Source: Candidatus Wirthbacteria bacterium
GTDB taxonomy: Bacteria; Patescibacteriota; CG2-30-54-11
Reading direction: 5' to 3'
Assembly (NCBI GenBank): GCA_903889905.1
Contig: CAISZI010000047.1
Location: 16,096-80,095, forward strand
Length of the DNA: 64,000 nucleotides
In this document: positions 1 through 8,733 of the stretch, one piece after another
How positions within the stretch are numbered: the stretch's first letter is position 1
Layout of the letters: each line of letters opens with the position of its first letter
Program-made: the position numbers and the translations under genes
Notes under the pieces: generated by a model
What the model was told of the DNA's origin: nothing
What the model saw: the letters and a program-made list of their open reading frames with translations, nothing else
Database searches by the model: none

Positions 1-266
1 TTACTTCACCAATCATGGTTATCTTTTTCCTCGCCAAGACAAAGTCAGACATGGTGAAGTGGCTAAAAGTCTGTTCTCTTCTGATTCTCCTACCGACACT
101 TTTTTTCTATGGTATTGGTTGGGTCCAATATGGTTATCGCTATGCCGTGGATATTTATCCATTGCTGTTTGTCATCATGATCCTGGGAATCCAGGGACAG
201 CCCAGCAAACGATGGTATTGGGCCGCCTTTTTGGGACTTTTGAGCACGTGGTTATTTTTATTTTGA
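1..266 (+). CDS. Integral membrane protein, C-terminal fragment (5' end lies upstream of the window)
   Basis: Open frame with no stop from position 3 to the TGA at 264-266; the 83-aa tail is hydrophobic and helix-like; the ATG at 15 is probably internal. Confidence 0.35.
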   Translation, partial: TSPIMVIFFLAKTKSDMVKWLKVCSLLILLPTLFFYGIGWVQYGYRYAVDIYPLLFVIMILGIQGQPSKRWYWAAFLGLLSTWLFLF

Positions 267-424
267 TGATTTCCATCACAGTCGGACGCGCCATCGCCAG
301 CAAATTCGCAGAGAACCCCCGATATGACCAAGGATAAAATCATTTTATTTATAATTGTTCATCACGGGGACATCCGTTTCAGGGAAATAATGTTTCAATC
401 ATACGATAACGCATAAGACAAACC

Positions 425-1132
425 ATGCACCAAAAGCTCCCCAAATCCATTTATCTCACGCTCATTATCCTGGCCCTTGCTTTGTCCTTCGGCTTGGGAT
501 ATTTGTATCTGAATGTTCCTGCCACCAAGCCCATCACCCGCAAAGGAAAAACGTCAGACCATGGCACCTACCTGCTGTATCTGCCACCCAAGTTTAACAA
601 ATCACTCCCACACACTTTGGTTTATGCGCTGTCACCGAATGCTGACGCCAATGCCCTGCTCGATACCTGGTGCCTGGTAGCTGACAAACACCAGTGGATC
701 GTGGCTTCTTCCAAAGTGTCACGCAATGGCGTGGACTACGATCCGATTCTCAAGCAAATCAAAACAGACCTCAATGAGATTGAAGCAAATTACACAATCG
801 CCAGAGGACGGGTAGTTTTTACCGGCATGTCCGGCGGCGGTATGGGAGCATATGCCGTGACTTATACCTATCCCGACCGCGTTGATGCGCTGGTCATTAA
901 CACCGGCATGATGGCTTACGGTGGCGAAACGCCAGACTACCCGCGCGGCAAAATCGCCGCTTTCCTCGCCAGCCCGAGTGATTTTCGCTATCCCAACATG
1001 CAGGCTGACTATGATTACCTGACCAAACTGGGCTGGTCTACCGAATGGTTTGAGTTCGAAGGTGGCCATACCATAGCCCCGCCTGCGACTTATGAACAAG
1101 CGGCAGTGTGGCTGGATAAGAATTTGCCTTAG
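425..1132 (+). CDS. Secreted or membrane-anchored alpha/beta-hydrolase (esterase/depolymerase-like)
   Basis: N-terminal signal anchor (LTLIILALALSF); GMSGGG nucleophile-elbow motif (G-x-S-x-G); 235 aa. Confidence 0.6.
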   Translation: MHQKLPKSIYLTLIILALALSFGLGYLYLNVPATKPITRKGKTSDHGTYLLYLPPKFNKSLPHTLVYALSPNADANALLDTWCLVADKHQWIVASSKVSRNGVDYDPILKQIKTDLNEIEANYTIARGRVVFTGMSGGGMGAYAVTYTYPDRVDALVINTGMMAYGGETPDYPRGKIAAFLASPSDFRYPNMQADYDYLTKLGWSTEWFEFEGGHTIAPPATYEQAAVWLDKNLP

Positions 1133-1272
1133 CCTGCTTAGGTATCTACTTATTTCCCGTATTGCCGCTGCAGTTTCATCAATATTTTTCACTGACACCA
1201 GCATTCGGCATATGGTTCTCCAACCAAAACCATGATACACTTTCTGAGTTAATTAATTAGGGTACCCCTTTT

Positions 1273-3045
1273 ATGGACAATACAACACCGCCGGAAATTC
1301 CAGTCCAGACCAAGGTAGCCAAGACCGGCATACCTCTACCGATCTGGGTGTGGCTGATTTTGGGAGTATTGCTAATCGGGGTTTGTACGACAGCCGGATA
1401 CTATTTAGGAACGAAAAACACTAAGAAAGCAACAACTGGAACGCCCACAACACCAACGAGGAACCAAAAAATACCTGTGACTGCACCAATCTCAAAGTCC
1501 ATGACCGCTGACAATCAAAAGGCGGCTGGCACAGAGATACCCGCCACTCCTGTTACCGACAAGGGGGTTACATGGCTCAGTTCCCCTGCACCACTGGCTG
1601 ATTTGGGCCTGCTCACCATTCCTGGCCCGAAAGACAATAACATGATCGAAAGCGATATCCACTATTTCAAAGTCGGCGCCGACAATGGCAATGACATCAT
1701 CATCGCCGAATACACCTACATGCAAGGCGATCTGGGTAATTATCTTTTTCTCAAACAAAGCACAAACCAGTACAATTTACTCACGAATTATTCGCAACCA
1801 ATCGCGACCGGTGAGGGTGACACTTCGGGCAGCCTTTTATTGACCAGTAAGGTCGTTTCCAACAATTTCGCAACTTACTCATCACTTCAAGCCCAACCAA
1901 AACTCACGGTAAGTGGTATTGATCTTAGCGTCGACAACGTCCCTAACGTCTGGTTTCCTGACTACGAGGCAAAGATCAAGGGCTCAGCTATAACAATTCT
2001 TGATTCGACGCCATACGGAATCCTCTACGATGTCAATTATAGTAATGGCAAGATAATCGATCCAAAGGAAGAAGCCTACGTCCTAGTTAAACCAAATAAT
2101 ATTGGTGTTTTTTATCAACTAATTCCACCTTTTTTAAAAAATTCAGAGCATGGCTGGCAAACTGGCCTGATAACATGGAACGACGGAACCATCACTGACA
2201 ATTCCTATAGCTATGACGGCGGAACGTCTTGTGGTGCTGCCTCGGGCATCGCTATCCTGAATGCCAGTGACATGAGTGATCTAAGCCCGGCAGGCAAAAC
2301 AGAAGATGGGGAAACGATTTATCAATTTTATAACCCCAACAACCCAGTCTTACAGGAATTTTATAAAAATTACACCGACATGAACGGATCTGGGAATCCG
2401 ATCTCACCGACGTTGACTGAATATCTAAACAACCATGCCTTGATTGTCTATCAAGACAAAATGAATCGCCTTGTCTTACTCTACGATCAAAAATATGGCA
2501 TTACTGGTTGCGGCAAACCCGTTGTCTATCTCTACCCCACTCAAATCACCCAAGTCAGTGTCAAAGTCGGCGCCAACATCTCCAAATCTGTCCCTGCTTA
2601 CAACCAAGGTTGGAGCGTCATTGCCCAGCCCGACGGCATGCTCACGACAGCGGACGGCAAGACTTATGACTCACTTTTTTGGGAAGGTTTTGGCCAAAAT
2701 TATCCAACCATTACCCAGGGATTTGTCGTTGCTCAAGCCGACCTACCGCAAACACTGAGCACTCATCTGATGCAGCTTGGACTTAACACCAAAGAACGGG
2801 CCGACTTCCTGGCATTCTGGCTGCCCAAAATGCCCACCACTCCATTCGTCCGACTCACCTGGTTCGGTACGCAAGCTATGAATAATCTGGCACCGCTCAC
2901 CATCACGCCCAAACCTGACACCCTCATTCGCATTTTCCTTGATTTCCAGGGATTACAAACACCAATCTCCATTGCTCTTGAACATTTAAGTGCCATTCCA
3001 CGACACGGCTTTACCGTAGTCGAATGGGGCGGATTGCTGCGCTAA
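1273..3045 (+). CDS. Hypothetical single-pass membrane protein with a Thr/Pro-rich linker and a large extracytoplasmic domain
   Basis: 590-aa ORF; TM helix LPIWVWLILGVLLIGV, then a T/P-rich low-complexity stretch; no recognisable catalytic motif. Confidence 0.55.
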   Translation: MDNTTPPEIPVQTKVAKTGIPLPIWVWLILGVLLIGVCTTAGYYLGTKNTKKATTGTPTTPTRNQKIPVTAPISKSMTADNQKAAGTEIPATPVTDKGVTWLSSPAPLADLGLLTIPGPKDNNMIESDIHYFKVGADNGNDIIIAEYTYMQGDLGNYLFLKQSTNQYNLLTNYSQPIATGEGDTSGSLLLTSKVVSNNFATYSSLQAQPKLTVSGIDLSVDNVPNVWFPDYEAKIKGSAITILDSTPYGILYDVNYSNGKIIDPKEEAYVLVKPNNIGVFYQLIPPFLKNSEHGWQTGLITWNDGTITDNSYSYDGGTSCGAASGIAILNASDMSDLSPAGKTEDGETIYQFYNPNNPVLQEFYKNYTDMNGSGNPISPTLTEYLNNHALIVYQDKMNRLVLLYDQKYGITGCGKPVVYLYPTQITQVSVKVGANISKSVPAYNQGWSVIAQPDGMLTTADGKTYDSLFWEGFGQNYPTITQGFVVAQADLPQTLSTHLMQLGLNTKERADFLAFWLPKMPTTPFVRLTWFGTQAMNNLAPLTITPKPDTLIRIFLDFQGLQTPISIALEHLSAIPRHGFTVVEWGGLLR

Positions 3046-3084
3046 ACTTCGTATTGCCGACCCAAGCCTCTAACTGTTGATTGC

Positions 3085-3387
3085 ATGGCCAAACCCAACT
3101 CCCAACGCACCTGGTACGTCTATATCCTTGAGTGCTGCGACCAGACCTACTACACCGGTATTGCGCTCAATGTTGCCAAACGAATGGACCAGCATAACGG
3201 TCAGGATCCAGGCGGTGCCAAATACACCCAAACCAGACGTCCGGTCAAATTGTTGTACAAAAAAAGACTGCCGGATCAAAAAACCGCCATGACCGAAGAA
3301 CTGCGCATCAAACGGCTACCACGCAAGCAGAAGATGGAGTTGATAAAAGCCAAAACCAAATACAAAAGAAGCACAAAGCAAACATAA
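3085..3387 (+). CDS. GIY-YIG nuclease superfamily protein (UPF0213/YhbQ-like)
   Basis: WYVYILEC...YYTGIALNVAKRMDQHN is the classic GIY-YIG core; 100 aa; basic C-terminal tail. Confidence 0.75.
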   Translation: MAKPNSQRTWYVYILECCDQTYYTGIALNVAKRMDQHNGQDPGGAKYTQTRRPVKLLYKKRLPDQKTAMTEELRIKRLPRKQKMELIKAKTKYKRSTKQT

Positions 3388-3434
3388 AAAATCCCCCGTG
3401 CCTCCTTTGTAAAGGTGGTATGAGGGGATTTTTC
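3386..3434. terminator. Bidirectional rho-independent terminator between convergent genes
   Basis: AAAAAATCCCC ... GGGGATTTTT: an A-run, a GC stem (ATCCCC/GGGGAT) with a ~27-nt loop, then a T-run; sits between the GIY-YIG gene (+) and the helicase gene (-). Confidence 0.5.
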
Positions 3435-3492
3435 AATTTGCATTTTCCGCCTAATAACTTTGCAGACTTTATGAACTTTCGACACTAACCAG

Positions 3493-4776
3493 TTACCCCG
3501 CGCGTCTGCCGCGGTAGCCTTTGCGGTCATTGCCATTTACCACGTGAAACGGACGGTTGTTCTGGTTGTACCGCTTGTTTTGAGGCGTCTGGGCGATGGG
3601 TTTGGGTTCGTGGCGGTACTCGGTGCTGGGAACCGGTGTACCGAGCATAAAGGGATGGTTTTCCACGACGGGAATGGTTTTTTTGATCAGACGTGTGATG
3701 TCGCGCAAACTGCCGCGTTCGGTGTGGTCCACCAGTGACAAGGCCATACCAACTGCACCAGCCCGGGCTGTCCGGCCAATACGGTGAACATAGGTTTCGG
3801 GCACTTCCGGCAAGTCAAAGTTGATGACATGCGACAAATCGTCGATGTCGAGCCCACGGGCTGCCACATCGGTCGCCACCATGACGCGGGTGCGTTTGGT
3901 TTTGAAGTTGCTCAAGGTCTTCTGGCGGGCATTCTGGGTTTTGTCGCCATGAATGGCTTCGGCAATGATGCCGGTGTCATTGATGCGTTTTGCCACGCGG
4001 TCAGCGCCGTATTTGGTGCGGGTAAAGACCAGGGCAGATTCGATCCGTTCATCCTGCAGCAAGTGGATCAGGAGTGGCAATTTGTTGGCTTTGTCGACAT
4101 GAAAAACCGCCTGTTTGACCAGGTCCACGGTGGGCGATTTGGATTCGATTTCCACTTTGACTGGATTCACCAGGATCATATTCGCCAGTTTGGCGATTTC
4201 GGGTGGCATGGTGGCCGAGAAGAACAAAGTCTGCTTTTTGGCAGGCAATTTGGAAACGATTTTTTTGACGTCAGGCAAAAAGCCCATGTCCAGCATGCGG
4301 TCGGCTTCGTCCAGCACGAATATCTCGATTTTGTCCAAATGGATAAAACCCTGGTTCATCAAGTCAAACAGCCGGCCTGGAGTGGCGATCAGGATGTCGA
4401 TACCGGAGCGCAGGGCGCGGGTCTGATTGAATTGGCTGACGCCACCATAAACCACCGTGTGACGCATGTGCAAAAATTGACCATAAGCGCCAAAACTTTC
4501 ACCGATCTGGATGGCAAGTTCACGCGTCGGAGTGACGATCAAGGCTTTGATCGCCTTGCGTCCGGTTTCATTACGCACAGGATTGGTCAGGATCTGCAGA
4601 ATCGGCACCGCAAAAGCGGCAGTTTTGCCAGTCCCGGTCTGGGCGCAACCCAGTAAATCTTTACGTTCCAGCACCACTGGAATAGCACGTTCCTGAATCG
4701 GGGTGGGCGACTGGTAGCCTTCTACCTCCAAAGCACGCAGAATAGGCAGACTGAGTTTGAGTTCCTCGAATTTCAT
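3493..4776 (-). CDS. ATP-dependent DEAD-box RNA helicase (RhlE/DeaD-like) with an RG-rich C-terminal tail
   Basis: Motifs AQTGTGKT (I), PTRELA (Ia), VLDEADRMLDMGF (DEAD), SAT, HRIGRTARAG (VI); 427 aa. Confidence 0.92.
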   Translation of the reverse strand: MKFEELKLSLPILRALEVEGYQSPTPIQERAIPVVLERKDLLGCAQTGTGKTAAFAVPILQILTNPVRNETGRKAIKALIVTPTRELAIQIGESFGAYGQFLHMRHTVVYGGVSQFNQTRALRSGIDILIATPGRLFDLMNQGFIHLDKIEIFVLDEADRMLDMGFLPDVKKIVSKLPAKKQTLFFSATMPPEIAKLANMILVNPVKVEIESKSPTVDLVKQAVFHVDKANKLPLLIHLLQDERIESALVFTRTKYGADRVAKRINDTGIIAEAIHGDKTQNARQKTLSNFKTKRTRVMVATDVAARGLDIDDLSHVINFDLPEVPETYVHRIGRTARAGAVGMALSLVDHTERGSLRDITRLIKKTIPVVENHPFMLGTPVPSTEYRHEPKPIAQTPQNKRYNQNNRPFHVVNGNDRKGYRGRRAG

Positions 4777-4935
4777 CGGGAATCCTTCATACTAAAAAGT
4801 ACGGGTTCCCGGTCAGTGATCTAATTGAGGAACCTGAAAATATGTTTTAACCAGCGACGAAACAATTGTGAAATCGCATCGACAGATCACGCTAAGTCCA
4901 GCTAAGTATACCATAGATTTGGAGAAAGCCGGGTA

Positions 4936-4944
4936 TGCTATAAT
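4936..4944 (+). promoter_or_regulatory. Extended -10 promoter element (TGcTATAAT) upstream of the 4990 ORF
   Basis: tgcTATAAT at 4936-4944, about 45 nt upstream of the TTG start at 4990. Confidence 0.35.
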
Positions 4945-4989
4945 TTATTTCTGTATTTTTCTATCGTATTAGTTCAAAGAGACACGCGC

Positions 4990-5433
4990 TTGCTTGAAGA
5001 ATCATTACAACGATCACTATCGGATAACCCACCCCTTCAAAACGAAAACCTGTCTTTCCTGTTGAAAGCAATGCCATCAATCATTGAAGCTTTGAAGATT
5101 AAGACAGACGGAATGATGTATACGGACAAATTAGGCTTGATTGGTGCCAGTGCAGTTTTTCCTGAATTTCAACCGGTGCAAAAAAGACTTTTAGAAGTAA
5201 TCACCCTTGGCCATTATATTGACCATATTTGCGATGAAGGAAAACACGGTAAGTTACCCGGCAAAAAGACAGATAATATTTCACAATTCAATCATCTTTA
5301 TACAGAACTCCTTCACCATTTCGGTCAGTCTCCCATTGTTCGCAGTTTGATTGTCTTTTTTGGGCACGCCTTGGTCGTGGAGAGTACTGTCAAAGAATTC
5401 CCGCCTACTACGGATGAAGCCTCGCAACAGTAA
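4990..5433 (+). CDS. Hypothetical protein (TTG start); same frame as the next ORF and separated from it by a single TAA
   Basis: 147-aa ORF in an AT-rich segment; only a TTG start is available; followed in frame by 5440..5868. Confidence 0.3.
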   Translation: MLEESLQRSLSDNPPLQNENLSFLLKAMPSIIEALKIKTDGMMYTDKLGLIGASAVFPEFQPVQKRLLEVITLGHYIDHICDEGKHGKLPGKKTDNISQFNHLYTELLHHFGQSPIVRSLIVFFGHALVVESTVKEFPPTTDEASQQ

Positions 5434-5439
5434 CGGGAA

Positions 5440-5868
5440 TTGATCAATGCAATTTGGACCCGAATGATAGTTTCGACTGGAATGGAACAGTTGGGGCAAA
5501 AAGCTGATCCACTCACACACACAGACAATGTTCCTGATTCATACGCGGGTATTCACCGGCTTTATTTGCCTTATATGAACGGAGAAGAGGAGGAATTAAA
5601 GCAGCTTCCGGGCAATGTGCGAAGTTACCAGCTGTATCTTTGGACTATGACAATTCAAAATTCTTACGACACTTCAGCTCATACACGAAATGCGGAATCG
5701 GGTTTAACTTATCTGCACAATTCTGGAAACCCTTACCTGTCCAAAGCTATCGAATCAGGATTACCTGAAGGAATTGTTAATGGTAGTGAATATCTGATTG
5801 AAGGGATGATTCGGCTGCTTCGGATCAGGAACAAATTTAGACGTATTCGTAAACGACTTACAACGTAA
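5440..5868 (+). CDS. Hypothetical protein with a basic C-terminus; possibly the 3' half of an interrupted gene
   Basis: 142-aa ORF in the same frame as 4990..5433 (both coordinates are 1 mod 3); Arg/Lys-rich C-terminus. Confidence 0.3.
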   Translation: MINAIWTRMIVSTGMEQLGQKADPLTHTDNVPDSYAGIHRLYLPYMNGEEEELKQLPGNVRSYQLYLWTMTIQNSYDTSAHTRNAESGLTYLHNSGNPYLSKAIESGLPEGIVNGSEYLIEGMIRLLRIRNKFRRIRKRLTT

Positions 5869-5941
5869 AATTAAGTGCCGCAATTGCAAGCCGATTATCT
5901 GTGGTAAAATTCAACAGTCTCAATTGATTATCCGGATTTCC

Positions 5942-7762
5942 ATGATCACCGTCACCGACCTCAGTAAAAGCTACACCGAACAGGTTCTGTTCGAAAACGC
6001 CAGTTTCTTCATCAACGCCAAGGAACGCATTGGCCTGGTGGGCCGTAACGGGCATGGCAAATCAACGCTGTTCAAAATGATGGCCGGGCTCGAGGAGCCT
6101 GACAGCGGCATCATCAAATTTCCCAAAGATTACCGTATCGGCTACCTCAGCCAGCATTTGCATTTCACCGAACCCACCATCCTGGCCGAAGGCTGCAAGG
6201 GACTGCCCAAAGGCGCCGAATTTGACCAGTGGAAAGTCGAAAAAGTGCTGATGGGCCTGGGGTTTGACCGCAGCGACTTTGAACGCAATCCAAGTGAGTT
6301 CTCCGGTGGTTTTCAGCTGCGTATCAATCTGGCCAAAGCGCTTGTTAATGAACCCGATCTGATGATGCTCGACGAACCAACCAACTTTCTGGACATCATC
6401 TCGATCCGCTGGATGATTAAATTTTTGCGCGCCTGGCCCAGCGAACTGATGCTGATCAGCCACGACCGGTCTTTCATGGACCAGGTGGTCACACATGTGA
6501 TGGGTATTCACCGCCAGAATATCAAAAAAATCCCCGGCAAAACCGGCGAATACTACGAACAGGTCGCACTCGAGGAAACGTTCTATGAACAGGAACGCGT
6601 TCGCAACGAACAGAAACGAGAACAAACCATGCAGTTCGTCGACCGCTTCCGTGCCCAGGCCACCAAAGCCAGCCAGGTCCAATCCCGCATCAAGGCGCTG
6701 GACAAGATGGGCACCCAGGAAAAACTCTCCCGCATTGCGACGCTCAACTTTTCTTTTCATTCCCTGCCATTCCCGGCCAAAACCATGTTGCATGCCCACA
6801 GCCTCAGCTTTCGTTATGACGCCAAACAACCCCTGTTTCAGGATCTCAACCTCACGATCGAAAAAACTGACCGCATCTGCATTATTGGTAAAAATGGTAA
6901 AGGCAAAACGACGCTGCTCAAAGTGCTGATGGGCATTTTGGCGCCCACATCCGGCAACATCAAGACGCATCCTCTGTTGATCAAAGGCTATTTTGAACAA
7001 GCCAACACCGCAGATTTGCACGACTACCGCACCGTGGAACAGGAAATCATGGAATCGCTGGAAAAGAAAAGTCTGCAGGAAGCACGCAAAATCTGCGGCC
7101 TCATGATGTTTACCAAAAATTCGGCGCTCAAAAAGATCGAAGTGCTCTCCGGGGGCGAAAAATCGCGCGTCATCCTGGGCAAACTACTCGCCAAACCCGC
7201 CCATCTGCTGCTCCTGGACGAACCCACGCATCATCTCGACATGCCATCGAGCGAAGCCATGGCCGACGCCATTTCCGAATTTGAAGGTGCCGCTATTGTC
7301 GTCACCCACGACGAGGATTTCCTGCGCCGTGTGGCGACCAAACTGATTATTTTTCACGAAGACCGAACCTTTGTCTATGAAGGCAAATACGACGACTTCC
7401 TCGCCGAAATCGGCTGGGGCGATGAAGCGGTCAAACCCAAAATTTCGACATCCCGCGGCAATCCCAAAGACGAACGCCGTGCCCGTGCCCAGGATTTGGC
7501 CAAGCAGCAGGATATCCTGAAACCAATACAAAACAAAATCAAAGAATTGGAACAACAAATCGAAACGCTGGAAAAACAATTTGCTGCCGACACCGAACGG
7601 ATTGCCAAAGCATCTGCTGTCCAGGACACCATCGAAATCATCAAACTCTCCAAAACCTTACATGACCTGCGCGCCAAAATCGACTTTTGCTATGTGGATT
7701 TGGAAGAAGCCACACAGGCTCTGGAATTGGCAAAACTTGACATGCTGCCGTCGCAGGCATAA
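5942..7762 (+). CDS. ABC-F family ATPase (two ABC domains, no transmembrane domain; translation-factor type)
   Basis: Two Walker A sites (GRNGHGKST, GKNGKGKTT), two LSGG signatures, coiled-coil C-terminus; ATG at 5942 preferred over the TTG at 5924. Confidence 0.9.
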   Translation: MITVTDLSKSYTEQVLFENASFFINAKERIGLVGRNGHGKSTLFKMMAGLEEPDSGIIKFPKDYRIGYLSQHLHFTEPTILAEGCKGLPKGAEFDQWKVEKVLMGLGFDRSDFERNPSEFSGGFQLRINLAKALVNEPDLMMLDEPTNFLDIISIRWMIKFLRAWPSELMLISHDRSFMDQVVTHVMGIHRQNIKKIPGKTGEYYEQVALEETFYEQERVRNEQKREQTMQFVDRFRAQATKASQVQSRIKALDKMGTQEKLSRIATLNFSFHSLPFPAKTMLHAHSLSFRYDAKQPLFQDLNLTIEKTDRICIIGKNGKGKTTLLKVLMGILAPTSGNIKTHPLLIKGYFEQANTADLHDYRTVEQEIMESLEKKSLQEARKICGLMMFTKNSALKKIEVLSGGEKSRVILGKLLAKPAHLLLLDEPTHHLDMPSSEAMADAISEFEGAAIVVTHDEDFLRRVATKLIIFHEDRTFVYEGKYDDFLAEIGWGDEAVKPKISTSRGNPKDERRARAQDLAKQQDILKPIQNKIKELEQQIETLEKQFAADTERIAKASAVQDTIEIIKLSKTLHDLRAKIDFCYVDLEEATQALELAKLDMLPSQA

Positions 7763-7795
7763 TTTGCATCTCAGTAATTTGCCTCAAATGGATTG

Positions 7796-8647
7796 ATGCC
7801 CATGTCAGCAATTTTGTTGCTGCAGGTTGTTTCTGCTTTTGTCTTGGGTGGACTTTTTACAACTTTTTTGACACTGGTGACGGAACGCTCGCCACGCCAA
7901 ATTGCCGGCATTTTCATGGCATTGCCGACGACGGTGGTGTTTACGTTCTTCTTCCTGGGCTGGGTAGCGGGTAAAAACGTCTTTGATACCATTGCGCCCA
8001 CCACTGTGCTTTCCCTCAGCAGTTCCATGCTGTTTCTGGGCAGTTACATTTCCCTGTCGCGCATCTACAAGCGCCTGCAGCTGCCACTAGCGATAGAAAT
8101 GGCTCTTACTTATATTTCAGCCATCTGTATTTGGTTTGCCTTGGGTTTACTGATCGCACTACTCAAATTTCACAACCTGCCCGTCGCGATTGGCATCTAT
8201 ACACTGACAAATCTGGCCATTTATCAGCTGCTGACTGCTATCGCCCACAAGTCGCCCGATCACCACATCATCCGATATACGACAAAGCAAAAAATCATGC
8301 GTATGCTGTTTGTAGGCACTGTGCTTGGCACCATGGTGGCTGTTACCAAGTTGATCAGCCCGTTCTGGGGTGGCGTGCTGAGCATGTTCCCGGCGGTATT
8401 TTCGGTCTCCTTGCTGCTTTTTCACTATTACCACGGCACCGACGGCTTGGCGGCGCTGGTTCAGAAAGCTCCGATTGGCAACTGGGCGGTGCTGGTGTAT
8501 GTCCTGTGCGCCGTTATTTTTTTTCCAAAGACCGGCATCATCTGGGGAACGCTGATTTGCCTGATCATCAGTTTTTGTACCGCTGCATTGTTGCTTAAAG
8601 TTTCTCACCTGTTAAGTCAATCTTCGTTAAAACAACCTGTGCGTTAG
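7796..8647 (+). CDS. Polytopic integral membrane protein of unknown function
   Basis: About 8 predicted TM helices; no recognisable motif. Confidence 0.5.
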   Translation: MPMSAILLLQVVSAFVLGGLFTTFLTLVTERSPRQIAGIFMALPTTVVFTFFFLGWVAGKNVFDTIAPTTVLSLSSSMLFLGSYISLSRIYKRLQLPLAIEMALTYISAICIWFALGLLIALLKFHNLPVAIGIYTLTNLAIYQLLTAIAHKSPDHHIIRYTTKQKIMRMLFVGTVLGTMVAVTKLISPFWGGVLSMFPAVFSVSLLLFHYYHGTDGLAALVQKAPIGNWAVLVYVLCAVIFFPKTGIIWGTLICLIISFCTAALLLKVSHLLSQSSLKQPVR

Positions 8648-8733
8648 TCTGTCGCCCGGAGCTGGACAAAAACTTCACGCTTGACCGGAGTGGTGTTATT
8701 CTATGGACGTTTTGTCAAAACAAAGGAAACGTC

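Noticed and set aside
3784-4656. 290-aa plus-strand ORF
   Set aside because: Lies entirely antisense within the DEAD-box helicase gene; the Gly/Phe/Asp-rich product is typical of a shadow frame.
6062-7021. 319-aa minus-strand ORF
   Set aside because: Antisense to the ABC-F gene, whose motifs are unambiguous; low-complexity shadow frame.
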